Part shown: positions 22,270 through 32,438 of the stretch, one piece after another
How the letters are laid out: the number at the start of each line of letters is the position of its first letter
How positions within the stretch are numbered: position 1 is the stretch's first letter
Assembly (NCBI GenBank): GCA_963705305.1
Contig: OY970067.1
Span: 1,856,001 to 1,920,000, forward strand
DNA length: 64,000 nt
DNA from: an uncultured Methylomirabilota bacterium
GTDB lineage: Bacteria; Methylomirabilota; Methylomirabilia; Methylomirabilales; 2-02-FULL-66-22
Direction of reading: 5' to 3'
Notes under the pieces: model-generated
What the model was told of the DNA's origin: nothing
The model's database searches: none
Seen by the model: the letters and a program-made list of their open reading frames with translations, nothing else
Position numbers and translations under genes: made by a program

Positions 22270-23162
22270 CCCTTTGGTCGCTAACTGCTTGAATTCCTTG
22301 AGAGGCGGTTTCGATTCTTGGCAGATTGTGGGTCTGGCGAGGACGGTGAAGAGGGATCGGACAGCATGCCGTGGATACGCTGGAACTCGCCGGTGGAAGT
22401 CCGGCCTCGGGAGTGGGCGTGCTCCCCGCGCCGCCCAGTTCCTGGGGGACGTTGTTGACTCAGTGGACTTGCCGACTGAGCGGAGGCGCCGAAAACTGCT
22501 GTCGGCCGTGCTTCGCATAATCAGGTGAGGGCTATCCCAAGCTCCTGAAGGCTCCCGATGACGCGCAGGCAGTTCTCGACGAGCTGGAACGCCTCACGGT
22601 GGTGGCACTGGCCGGGGAGGGGCGCTGTCTCCTGGGGCACCCGGGCAATAATTCCAGGGGACGTTGTTGACTCAGTGGACTTGCCCATCGAGGAAAAAGA
22701 TACCGACGCGATGCCAGTTCCTTGGACCTGGCGTCTCAGGGACGCTGGTCATGAGGCGCGGAGAGAGCCAGGCAGGTACGAATGTGGGTCTGTAAAAAGG
22801 GTACTGGACACTTTTGGGTCGCTAATTGCTTGAATTCCTTGAGGAGCGGCTTCAATTCTTGACCAAGGATGTGTTTGGCGAGGACGTTGAAAAGGGTGCC
22901 GGACAGCGTGCCGCAATTACGGGACGATGCTGCTTTACTTGTATTACGGTCTAATTTCCCAGGCCGGCGCCTCGGGCCGCGCCGCCCGGGCGGGGATCGC
23001 CTATATCTGAGTGGAGCGCCTCGGTCATCCCTGGCGGCCCCTCGCCGCGGTCTTGGGGATCTGCCGCGCCATGGCCTACCTGGGGGTGCGGGGCGGTGCA
23101 GAGGTTGGAGCGGAATCGCCCCCCGTGTCGCCAGGGCAAGGCGACGTAGATTGCAATGTCCC
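22270..23162 (+). repeat. Cluster of composite repeats: target-repeat units, intron 5' stubs and GGGGAC modules
   Basis: 22270-22363 resembles 22811-22905; intron stubs at 22364 and 22906; identical GGGGACGTTGTTGACTCAGTGGACTTGCC at 22445 and 22657; GGGAC..GTCCC element at 22921-23162. Confidence 0.85.
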
Positions 23163-23261
23163 GCACTTCATCCGGAGAATGCCGGAGATACAGAACCCGC
23201 GGTCCAGAGGAGAAGGCTCGCCTGAGCTCGCAAGATAAGGCTGCAGGTGTGAGGGAGTGAA

Positions 23262-24221
23262 ATGGCCAAAATCTTTGGTGGCAGGTGGAAGGTCAGGGAG
23301 GACTTAGAGACCGGCGGACAAGCGCATGTATATATCGTCCAGGATTCACGTGGAGAGGGGAGCGATCTGTACGTCCTAAAAAGATTGAAGAACCATAATC
23401 GGCTCAGCCGATTTGAGAAAGAAGTAAAAGCCGGAATGAAGCTCAAGCATCCCGGAATTGCGCCGATCGTGGCTTACTCGCTTTCCGAGCCATCGTACTA
23501 CGTCACGAATTACTATCGAGGCGGAACACTGACGAAAAGAGTTGAGGCTGGCGTGATGGCATCGCTTGATGCGCTTGTCCTTTTCGTTGAATTGTGCCAG
23601 ATCGTCCACTATGCACACTCGCAGGGGATCTTTCATCGAGACTTGAAGCCGGACAACATCGTTTTCGACGAAGATGATAACCCTATTATTATAGACTTTG
23701 GTCTGTGCTATTTCACGGATGAGGATAACCGACTGACGGAAACAATGGAGCAGGTAGGGTCCCGATTCTACATGGCTCCGGAAATGGAGAGGGGACGGTT
23801 GACAGAGGTGACTTCGGCGGTCGACTCATACTCACTCGGGAAGGTGCTTTATTTCATGCTAACCGGAAGGCACATTGCCAGAGAGGCATTCGCAGATCTT
23901 TCCGCCATCACTAGTGCTGCTCAATTGGAGTATGTGTCGGAGAGGATCCTAGCGCAGACCATAGTCGAAGATCCCGCCCGAAGACTTACGCCCGAGAAAT
24001 TAATCCCCATTGTTGAGACTGTATACAGGCTGATCGCAGAGCACTTCTATCCCGGCATTCAAGGTTCTTTATGCAGGTATTGCGGTGAAGGGACATATGG
24101 GCAAGGGATTGAGACGGTAATGCGCTTGCACGAGCCCGGGGTTGAACACTCGGTGACGTTCGATGCTTACATCTGTGGAAGATGCGGAAATGTCCAGTGG
24201 TTCCGACGGCAGAGGGGGTAG
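23262..24221 (+). CDS. Hanks-type Ser/Thr kinase with C-terminal zinc ribbon
   Basis: VLKRL, HRDLKPDN, DFG, YMAPE; CRYC...CGRC. Confidence 0.9.
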   Translation: MAKIFGGRWKVREDLETGGQAHVYIVQDSRGEGSDLYVLKRLKNHNRLSRFEKEVKAGMKLKHPGIAPIVAYSLSEPSYYVTNYYRGGTLTKRVEAGVMASLDALVLFVELCQIVHYAHSQGIFHRDLKPDNIVFDEDDNPIIIDFGLCYFTDEDNRLTETMEQVGSRFYMAPEMERGRLTEVTSAVDSYSLGKVLYFMLTGRHIAREAFADLSAITSAAQLEYVSERILAQTIVEDPARRLTPEKLIPIVETVYRLIAEHFYPGIQGSLCRYCGEGTYGQGIETVMRLHEPGVEHSVTFDAYICGRCGNVQWFRRQRG

Positions 24222-24250
24222 GGAGGAACGGAGTAATGCTGTGAATGGAA

Positions 24251-24404
24251 CTGGACAGTATGCCGTGGATACTCTGGAACTCGCCGGTGGAAGTCCGGCC
24301 CCGGGAGCGGACTTCGTCGTGAGCCCAGCCGAATAGCAACGCGCGGTGGGCCATCCGGCCTTCATGGCATCCTATGCCGCCCGACGGCGGGTTCGGCGAA
24401 GAAT
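24251..24404 (+). repeat. Target repeat + 55-nt intron 5' stub + shared tail
   Basis: CTGGACA|GTATGCCGTGGATACTCTGGAAC...; tail shared with 26032-26192. Confidence 0.85.
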
Positions 24405-24477
24405 GGGAGCCATACCCTCTTTAAATCACGAGGCTACGCCATATATGGTGCGCGTACCTTTTTTGCGGGAGCTAATC

Positions 24478-25977
24478 ATGCTTAATGAACAACAACGCCA
24501 GCGGGCATTGACGGCACTGCATCAATACCAAGAAGCGCGGAACCTTGTGCAAGAGGATGAGACGCTGGACCAACAACGCATGGCGCTGATCGAGAGCGAT
24601 TTAAGGCCGTTAGTTCAGTCCTACCTTGGAGGTGCCACCGAACTGTCTGAATTCAAATCGAGAATTGACAGCCTAAACAAGCTTAATCCTTTTTGGGGCT
24701 TCAAGGGTATCAAGGGCCAAATGTTCTTTAACATGGTGGTGAACGTAGCCGATAACCCGAAAGAATGCGATCAGGAAATCAAGTCTGCGGTTGCCCTGCC
24801 CACTAACGAGCAGATTGCCTCCAGTCGCATAAAAACCTTTGCCAGCTACGTGCAGCGACTTGGCGAGCAATGGGTGAGTGCTGGCAATACCCGATATGGT
24901 TGCCCGAAGCTCGGCAGTATCCCCTTTTTCCTCTCCTACTTCTGGCAGATCCAGAATCGCGACACCTGGCCCGTGTACTACACTAATACAAACGCATTTT
25001 TTATTGATGATACACGCTCCGGCTTAGCGTTCGTATCTGCGGCCTTCCACGCGGAGCGGGAAAGGCCCCTGACAGGCAATGGGCCGGGGCCACGTAACAG
25101 GAATTCATGCGTTTGTATTAGCAGTATCAATGCCATGGTAGACCTGAACCTTTGGCAACCCTCTGGTGAAATGGCCGAGGACTACTTGGCGTACAAGCGA
25201 CTGCATGAAGATTTGGGCCGGCTATTTGCCTCGGAGACCGGCCGTGGCTTTCAGCTCTACGATGTCGAGCACGTTTTCTGGTTCAAAGCCGGTAATCCGT
25301 ACGGGGCTGCACGGGCCGAAGAAGGGCGCGCTGCCAGCCACGACCTTGGAGCGCAGGCAAGCACAGGCGCGACCGATGACTCGAGTCGACTTCCTGAAAG
25401 CTATGTTCCGTCAATCGTGGCCATTCTTCCGCGCATCGCGCGGCATGAAGCTGGTCTTGAAGACCTCGCCAGGCAATCGGGCACAACCCTGGAGCGTGCG
25501 TTCGAGAAGTATATCGATGCGGCGTTGACCATGCTTGGCTATGAGACGAAGTTGCTGGGGCAGGGTCAAGGGCGCGTTCCGGACGGAGTAGCCGTGGCCT
25601 TGGACGACAGCTATGCGATTCTGTGGGACGGCAAGATTCGCCGCGGCGGGTACAGCATGGGGACGGATGATCGCACGATCCGCGAGTACATCTCGACTCA
25701 AAGCCGGGAACTGAAGCGGCGACGCTCGCTCAGGAATATCTACTATGTTGTCATCTCGAGCACATTTGTCGATGATTTCGACGAGTCTATTAGGTCTATT
25801 AAGATGGAAACCGACGTAAACGAGGTTGTATTGGTCGAAGCGGATGCCTTGGTTGCCATGGTCGATGCGAAACTGCGATCGCCTCTTCAAATATCTCTTG
25901 GCCCTGACGGCCTGTAGCGGCTATTCAGTTCAAGTGGAATTGTCAGCGCAAGTACCGTTATTGAGCAGTTGGTCTAG
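24478..25977 (+). pseudogene. Restriction endonuclease-like gene (FokI-type PD-DxK C-terminal domain) with an in-frame MITE and a premature TAG at 25915
   Basis: VPDGVA...ILWDGK...GYSMGTDDRTIREYI; the frame continues 19 codons past the TAG. Confidence 0.65.
24986..25118. mobile_element. 133-bp IS630/Tc1-type MITE
   Basis: TIR ATACAAACGCAT / ATGCGTTTGTAT flanked by a TA duplication. Confidence 0.85.
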
Positions 25978-26031
25978 GCCGATCTAGGTCGTAAATCGCG
26001 CGGGGGGGGCGAAAGCAGGAGAGGTGCGCAA

Positions 26032-26192
26032 TAAAAGTACCGGACAGCGTGCCGTGGATACCCTGGAACTCGCCGATGGAAGTCCGGCCTTGGGAGCGGG
26101 CTTCGTCGTGAGCTCAGCCGAACGGCAGCGCGCCTGGGCAATCCACCCCTTCTGGCATCCTATGTTCCCCGGCGGCGGGGTCGGTCAAGAAT
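26032..26192 (+). repeat. Target repeat + intron 5' stub + shared tail
   Basis: AAAAGTACCGGACA|GCGTGCCGTGGATACCCTGGAAC... Confidence 0.85.
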
Positions 26193-26226
26193 TGAAACCT
26201 TGCCCTCGTCAAGTCACGAGGTGACG

Positions 26227-27746
26227 CCCTAATCTCCGGCTAAGAAGTTGAGGGGGATCGCGAATCACGCAGCGGCCCGCAGTGCGCGCGGCCCGCGGGG
26301 TTGGCATCGGCCTTGCTTGGTTTCACCCAGTGGGTGCAAACACCACAAGGAGGAGAGCGATGCCCGACACCTCGCCCCGGTTGCCGTTCGAGATCGATGA
26401 CGCGATCGACCCCACGCTGGTCACGGGCCGGGCCGGGGTCCCGCTCGTGATCGAGCTGTTCCGCCAGCTCGGGGTGGCCCAGGCCGTCGACACCCACGTT
26501 GCGGTCAAGCAGCGGCAGCGCGGATTACCCCCCTCGCAGCTCGTGGAGAGTCTCGTCGCGTTGTGGACGAGCGGCGGGGACCGCTGCCAGGACCTCACGA
26601 CGCTCCGGGAGGATCAGGCCCTGGCCACGCTGCTCGGCTACCCCCTGCCGGCCGCGACCACGGTCCGGGACTTCCTCGAGGCCTTCCACGTGGAGGACGG
26701 GCCGCTCTGGGTGGCCGGGCCCGCGGCCACGGTCCCCCTGGAGTCCGCCCCCTTGGCGGGCCTCGGACAGGCGAACCGGACGCTGGTCGCGGGCGTCCAG
26801 CGCGGGGCCCGGGCGGCGACGGCCACCCTGGATGTGGACGCGACGCTCGTCGAGAGCCACAAGGACGCGGCGACCGTGGCCTACGACGGGACCCGGGGCT
26901 ACCAGCCCGTCGTGGTCCTCTGGGCCGAGCACGATGTCATCGTGCACGACCAGTTCCGCGATGGCCAGGTGCCCGCCGGGTGCGGCAACGTGCGCGTCCT
27001 CGAACAGGCGGTGGCCAACTTGCCCCAGGGCGTGGACCGCATCTCCCTGCGGGCCGACAGCGCCCTCTACGAGACGGAGGTCCTCCGCTGGTGCGAGGAG
27101 AAGAAAATCGCCTACGCGATTAGCGCCGATATGTCCGCGCAGCTCCAGGCCGAGATCCGGCGCCTCCCCGCGGCCGCCTGGCAGCTCGAGCGGGAGGAGC
27201 CCGAGGCGATCCGGGCCTGGGCCGAAGTCCCCTACGTCCCCGAGGATGGCGATCACCGGAAGGCGCGGCCGTGCGTTCGCCGCTACCTCGCGGTGCGTAT
27301 CCAGCGACGCCAGGGGAGCCTCTTCGCCGACGGGAGTAGCGTGCAGTACTTCGCCGTGGTCACCAATCGGCCGGAGGATGGGCTCACGATCCTCCGGTGG
27401 CACCGGGAGAAAGCAGGGACCATCGAGCACACCCATCACGTCCTCAAGACCGAGCTGGCGGCCGCCGCGCTGCCCAGTGGGAAGTTCGGGGCGAACGCCG
27501 CCTGGTTCCGGCTGAACGTGCTCACCTACAACCTGCTCACCGCGCTCAAGCGGTTGACCTTACCCGGAGATCTCCGGACCGCCCGGCCGAAGCGTCTCCG
27601 GTTCCTGCTGTTCAACACCGTCGGGAAGGTCGTCGCGCATGCCCGACGGACGCTCTTGCGGCTCTCGGGCGCCCTGCAGCACGCCTTGCTCGTCCGGGCG
27701 CGGCGCAAGATCGCCCGGCTGGCCACCGCTTAGCCGGAGATTAGGG
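26227..27746 (+). mobile_element. IS1380-family element
   Basis: Perfect 18-bp TIRs CCCTAATCTCCGGCTAAG / CTTAGCCGGAGATTAGGG; no TSD. Confidence 0.9.
26360..27733 (+). CDS. IS1380 transposase
   Basis: TLDVDAT, LRADSALY, KAGTIEHTH, FGANAAWF; RBS AAGGAGG. Confidence 0.92.
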   Translation: MPDTSPRLPFEIDDAIDPTLVTGRAGVPLVIELFRQLGVAQAVDTHVAVKQRQRGLPPSQLVESLVALWTSGGDRCQDLTTLREDQALATLLGYPLPAATTVRDFLEAFHVEDGPLWVAGPAATVPLESAPLAGLGQANRTLVAGVQRGARAATATLDVDATLVESHKDAATVAYDGTRGYQPVVVLWAEHDVIVHDQFRDGQVPAGCGNVRVLEQAVANLPQGVDRISLRADSALYETEVLRWCEEKKIAYAISADMSAQLQAEIRRLPAAAWQLEREEPEAIRAWAEVPYVPEDGDHRKARPCVRRYLAVRIQRRQGSLFADGSSVQYFAVVTNRPEDGLTILRWHREKAGTIEHTHHVLKTELAAAALPSGKFGANAAWFRLNVLTYNLLTALKRLTLPGDLRTARPKRLRFLLFNTVGKVVAHARRTLLRLSGALQHALLVRARRKIARLATA

Positions 27747-27830
27747 TTAGGCACCAAATGGTGTCCGGTACCTTTTTCGTACCTTTTTTAGGGCTTGCGA
27801 GCCCGCGAATGGGCAGAAGGAGGATGGGAC

Positions 27831-29033
27831 ATGGGAAAGACCTGTCGTATAGCGGCTCTTATGATTCTAGTTTTGGGGATTTCGCTGCCCTCGTTCGGGG
27901 CGCAGGGGAGCGGTGTCGGCAACCCGATCAAAGTGGGAAATCTCATCACCCTGACTGGGCCGAACTCAAGCCCTGGGATCGGCATCCAGCGGGGGATGAC
28001 GCTCGCAGTCGAGGAAATCAATAAGGCGGGTGGAATTCAAGGGCGCAAGATTGAGCTCATCAGCCGGGACACCCAAGGGGATCCGACGAAAGCTGTGAAT
28101 GCGGCCCTGGAGCTGATCAACAATGAGAAGGTGGAATTCATTGTCGGTCCCACGAACTCGGGCGAGGGGATGGCAACTACCTCGCTGATCTCGCGCCACA
28201 AACAGGTTCTGAGTATAGTGATCGGGGCGGCGGATGAATTGATTGATGCCGAGAAGTATCCCTACGCCTTCCGGATTTTCCCATCCAATTCCCAGTGGAT
28301 CGGTGCGGCGAACGATTACCTCGTGAATATCTTGAAGGCCAAGAAGATCGGTCTCCTGGGGGACACAACGGGCTATGGGACGGCATCGGTGAACTTAGCC
28401 GAGCGAATGCTCAAAGAGCGTGGGATAGACGTCGTTTACCGGGGCCTCGTGGAACCAACCCAAGCCGACGTGCTCGCCGATGTACGCAAAGCCCGAAGTT
28501 CGGGGGCCGAGGCGATGGACGTTTGGACGAATGCGACCGGCCTGATTGCCCGATTCCTGAACGGACGGGCCGAGTTGGGTTGGAGCGCCCCGTTTGCTGG
28601 TCATCCGTCCTTGGCTCATGCCCAGACGAAAGCCCTGCTTGCAAAGCCGGACAACTGGAAAGACGTGTACCAGGTTGGCTACCGATCCATGAGCTACGAC
28701 GAGGCCGGCACGTTGCCGGAGAGCACACAGAAGCTGCTGACACTTCTGAGGGAAGCGGGTGCGCCCATCGGCGACACCCCTCTGTTCTTTATTGCTTCCG
28801 GATACGATACGGTCCATCTCATTCGCTATGGAATGGAGGGAGCCGGCTCGAGCAAAGCAGACGACGTGCGGCGGTTCCTGAACTCCGGCAAGACATTTCC
28901 AGGGACCTGGTGTAGGTGCACGTATTCCCCAACCAACCATAACGGCTTCGCCACAGCCAACGTCGTGATGAACCGCGCCGATTCATTCCGGAGTGACGGA
29001 ACCTATGCCCTTGCCCCCGGCTACGGGAAGTAG
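27831..29033 (+). CDS. LivJ-type ABC substrate-binding protein (orphan)
   Basis: Signal peptide; AVEEINKAGGIQGRKIELISRD, YPYAFR. Confidence 0.88.
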   Translation: MGKTCRIAALMILVLGISLPSFGAQGSGVGNPIKVGNLITLTGPNSSPGIGIQRGMTLAVEEINKAGGIQGRKIELISRDTQGDPTKAVNAALELINNEKVEFIVGPTNSGEGMATTSLISRHKQVLSIVIGAADELIDAEKYPYAFRIFPSNSQWIGAANDYLVNILKAKKIGLLGDTTGYGTASVNLAERMLKERGIDVVYRGLVEPTQADVLADVRKARSSGAEAMDVWTNATGLIARFLNGRAELGWSAPFAGHPSLAHAQTKALLAKPDNWKDVYQVGYRSMSYDEAGTLPESTQKLLTLLREAGAPIGDTPLFFIASGYDTVHLIRYGMEGAGSSKADDVRRFLNSGKTFPGTWCRCTYSPTNHNGFATANVVMNRADSFRSDGTYALAPGYGK

Positions 29034-29043
29034 TCGCCGAGGA

Positions 29044-29280
29044 GAGGTCCCGGACAGCATGCCGTGGATACGCTGGAACTCGCCGGTGGAAGTCCGGCCT
29101 TGGGAGCGGGCTTCGGGCGTGTGTCGCATAATCAGATGAGGGCTATCCGATGCTCCTGAAGCCCCCCGATGACAAGCAGGCGGTTCTCGAAGAGCTGGAA
29201 CGTCTCGCGGTGGCGGCGCCTCCCCGGAAGCGGGACTGTCTCCTGGCGGACCTGGGCAAGGCGACGTAAATTGCAGCGCG
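29044..29280 (+). repeat. Target repeat + intron 5' stub + module shared with 22514-22650
   Basis: CCCGGACA|GCATGCCGTGG...; CGCATAATCAG.TGAGGGCTATCC module. Confidence 0.85.
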
Positions 29281-29312
29281 CTTTCTTCCAAGCGAGGCAA
29301 ACGAGGGATTTC

Positions 29313-29783
29313 ATGCGCCGAGCAACAGGAGCAAGGAATCAACAGACGGCCCGGGCCGGGGAGTATTTTGTCGCGGCGGAGTTGTCCCGGAGGGGGGCCT
29401 ATGCAGTTACATTTGCGGGTAACATGCCGCGAATCGACGTTCTCGCCAGCAATCTGGACATCTCTCGTACAGTGAGACTCCAAGTGAAGACACGGAAGGC
29501 AGGTTCTTGGCAAACCTCGATCGATGAGGGGAGGAGATGCCGAAGAACACAGAACAATACTGAATTCTGGGTCTTTGTCGATTTGGTTGATCCTCCGTCT
29601 TCCCCAGACTATTACGTTGTGCCCGCTTGGTGGATCCGACGCAACATTTTTCAGGCCCACCAGGCATATCTTGCGCGACATGGCGGTGTCCGCGCGGTCA
29701 GCCCTTCGTCGAAGCACCACAGCATCACGCTAGGCCGCATTCGCCAGTGGGAAGATCGGTGGGATTTACTGGGAATATTCTGA
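29313..29783 (+). CDS. Small PD-(D/E)XK nuclease-like protein
   Basis: GEYFVAAELSRRG...IDVLA...LQVKT. Confidence 0.7.
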   Translation: MRRATGARNQQTARAGEYFVAAELSRRGAYAVTFAGNMPRIDVLASNLDISRTVRLQVKTRKAGSWQTSIDEGRRCRRTQNNTEFWVFVDLVDPPSSPDYYVVPAWWIRRNIFQAHQAYLARHGGVRAVSPSSKHHSITLGRIRQWEDRWDLLGIF

Positions 29784-30459
29784 AGTCTGGCAGGTTCTGG
29801 GGGACGTTGTTGACTCAGTGGACTTGCCAATCAAGGGAGGTTATCGGAAGGCAGGGTGTGGAGATGCGGGGTCTCGCCGCTAGTCCGTCCCCGGGAAAGA
29901 CACCGAGGGGACGTTGTAACATTAATTACCTTGTTCGATGCCGGGGCGCTATGTCCACGAGTTGAGGATCTCCGGCGCCAAAGGCGGCGGGTAGGGATAG
30001 CGCACACGAAGGGAGAAAGACCATCCGGCAGAAGGCAGCGGACAGGCGATGAAAGGCCGGAGGCAGGGGCCGAGCACCGCGAGCCGGGCGGCGGGGCTGC
30101 CGAAGAATTGAAGCGGCCACGCCCCCTGCGTGTTTACTTCCCCCTGGTTCTGGCACCGCTCGCACCGGGCCGCATGGGTCACGACCGCCATATCAGCGCT
30201 CCCCCATCCAGAGCCACATGGGGTCACCCAGCAGAGCCGGTCGGGGGTTGTCCAGACTGAGCCACCCCAATGGTCGAACGGACAGCACTGGCGGCTTCTG
30301 GCGGTTTGTGTTATCTTCTTTAGGGTTGAGCGTGTGCCACGTCCAATCCTGAGCTTCGTGGGCCCCACGTCTCTCTTGGGCGATCCGCGGCGGCTCAGTG
30401 TGGGTGATCCAGGCAACCCTCCCTACGCGACCATTGACACGCATGGATCGCGCAGCACT

Positions 30460-30640
30460 GCTGGCCTGGTCCAATGCCTGCCCGCGTGCTCGCGACACCT
30501 CGATCTGGTTGTGCCCGTTTGGAGCTACACCAAGTACGGAGACCTTGCGAGCGTGGTCCCGGACCAGGTCCTCGCGCGGGCGGGACCGTACTATTCCCCG
30601 GGCATTCCTCAACAGCCGATTTCGTTGTCCCGCGGGCCAG
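30460..30640 (+). pseudogene. IS630-type transposase C-terminal relic
   Basis: CLPACSRHLDLVVPVWSYTKYGDLA resembles the LPxYxPxLNPxExxW motif. Confidence 0.45.
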
Positions 30641-30725
30641 GAAACACAAGCTGAGAAGGCGAAAGGAGCGATTGACGAAAGGTGTCATCGGTCACGGGTT
30701 CGTTTTGTCCAACAAGGAGGATTCG

Positions 30726-32366
30726 ATGAAACACGTCAGGTGTGTATTCGCAATCGCCTTCGCAGTCCTGATGTTTCTCTGTGTCATGCCTCCGTCCAGC
30801 TCTGCAGCGGATAACGTACTGCGAATCGGATACGATGCCTCGGATTTGATCGATCTTCACCCACATTTTGCCCAGGCGACGCAAGACAGAGCTGCGGTCC
30901 AATTGTTCTTCAACGGTCTCGTCCGCTACAAACCCGGGGACATCTCCCAATTCCAGCCAGACTTGGCCCAAAGCTGGTCGGTCTCGAAAGACGGGCGCAC
31001 CTGGACGTTTCACCTTCGCCGGGGGGTCATGGTTCACCCCTGGAATAATCATCCGGGGTATGAGCTGACCTCCGAGGATGTGGTCTATTCCTATCAATCG
31101 GCTGCCAATCCGGCTAAGTCCTCCAGGGCCGCTGAGTATGCAGGCATGACCTTCAAGGCCGACGGACCGTACACGGTCCGGGTGATCCTGGACAAGCCGG
31201 TGTCGGAACAACTCTTTCTCCCCAAGGTCGCTGCCTATTCCGCCGGGTTCGTCATTCCGAAGAAGCCCGCAGAAGAGATGGGGGAGGATTTTCGAAAGCA
31301 CCCCGTCGGAACGGGGCCCTTTATTTTCAAGGAGTATGTTCCCAAGCAGAAACTGGTAGCCGTAAGAAATGACAAGTACTTCCGAGGAGCTCCGAAGCTT
31401 GCAGGAGTAGAGCTGTACTATATGCCGGACCAGAGCAGTCGGAACTTCGCCCTGATGAACAAGGAGCTTGATGCGATTGAGGGCCCGCCCTCCCAGCCTT
31501 GGGTGGACGAGATGCACAAGGTCGCGGGGGTAACGGTGGACATCTTTGGACCAGGGGAGCAGGGAGATCTCCATTTCAACATGACGAAGCCCCCCCTGAA
31601 TGACATCAGAGTGCGGCGTGCTATCTCGTATGCCATCTCCCGCGATGAAGTTGTGGCGACGATCGGCGCATCCATCGGGACACCAGCCTATACCCAGACG
31701 CAGCGGCCTCAAGGGGGGTGGATGACAGCCGAGGAGCTGAAACAGCAAGGTCAAAAGGATAAGAAAGACTACCTGTATGCACGGGATCAGAAGAAGGCAA
31801 AAGCGCTTCTGGCGGCAGCCGGCTTCCCCAACGGCCTGACGCTGGAATTCTTCCAGACGGAGCGCGGGGAGTACATGATCCCCATGCAGAATATCCAGGC
31901 CCAGCTCAGGGAGGTGGGGATCACCCTGAAGTTTGATATGGTCGATCATACCACCTGGCACCAGAAGATTCGTGCGAACGAGTGCGCACTGGTGCTCTAC
32001 AACTCTATCCGCCCGACCAGTGACATTCGCCTGACACATTATTACGATTCCAGCTCCATCGTCGTTACGGGCAAGGCGCCCATTACCAACTTTTCCCACG
32101 TCGGAGCTGTCGACGCAGACGGGTCCGGCAAGATCTCGACGATCGATGACCTGCTTGAAGCGGCGCGCACTGAATTGGATTCCAAGCGACAGAATGAGAT
32201 CTGGAAACAGGCCGTGCTCAAGCTTCTCGACTGGGACGTCTCATACCCGATCTTCGTCAAGAAGTGGACCTTCGCACGATCGAACAATCTCCACTGGGGG
32301 TATAATCTGGACACGGTTATCCTGAACTCTCCGGTCATCGACGAGCAAACCTACATAGCCAAGTAG
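30726..32366 (+). CDS. Dpp/Opp-family ABC substrate-binding protein
   Basis: PDLAQSWSVSKDGRTWTFHLRRGV, PVGTGPF. Confidence 0.92.
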   Translation: MKHVRCVFAIAFAVLMFLCVMPPSSSAADNVLRIGYDASDLIDLHPHFAQATQDRAAVQLFFNGLVRYKPGDISQFQPDLAQSWSVSKDGRTWTFHLRRGVMVHPWNNHPGYELTSEDVVYSYQSAANPAKSSRAAEYAGMTFKADGPYTVRVILDKPVSEQLFLPKVAAYSAGFVIPKKPAEEMGEDFRKHPVGTGPFIFKEYVPKQKLVAVRNDKYFRGAPKLAGVELYYMPDQSSRNFALMNKELDAIEGPPSQPWVDEMHKVAGVTVDIFGPGEQGDLHFNMTKPPLNDIRVRRAISYAISRDEVVATIGASIGTPAYTQTQRPQGGWMTAEELKQQGQKDKKDYLYARDQKKAKALLAAAGFPNGLTLEFFQTERGEYMIPMQNIQAQLREVGITLKFDMVDHTTWHQKIRANECALVLYNSIRPTSDIRLTHYYDSSSIVVTGKAPITNFSHVGAVDADGSGKISTIDDLLEAARTELDSKRQNEIWKQAVLKLLDWDVSYPIFVKKWTFARSNNLHWGYNLDTVILNSPVIDEQTYIAK

Positions 32367-32382
32367 GACGGAACACCCCGAC

Positions 32383-32416
32383 GAGGAGGCGCAGAATCGC
32401 TCTGCGCCTCCTCTTT
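32383..32416 (+). terminator. Intergenic hairpin (terminator or mRNA stabiliser)
   Basis: 13-bp stem GAGGAGGCGCAGA/TCTGCGCCTCCTC followed by TTT. Confidence 0.7.
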
Positions 32417-32438
32417 GCCGGTGGACCTCAGGGGCTGG

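Noticed and set aside
22510..22540. TTCGCATAAT resembling the XerC arm of a dif site (also at 29124)
   Set aside because: No XerD arm (TTATGTTAAAT-like) at 6-bp spacing
22445..29828. Identical 29-bp repeats as CRISPR repeats
   Set aside because: Spacing is irregular (212 bp and ~7 kb) and no cas genes are present
30255..30268. ACTGAGCCACCCC matching the IS21 end repeat
   Set aside because: Single copy with no TG...CA terminus nearby; likely chance
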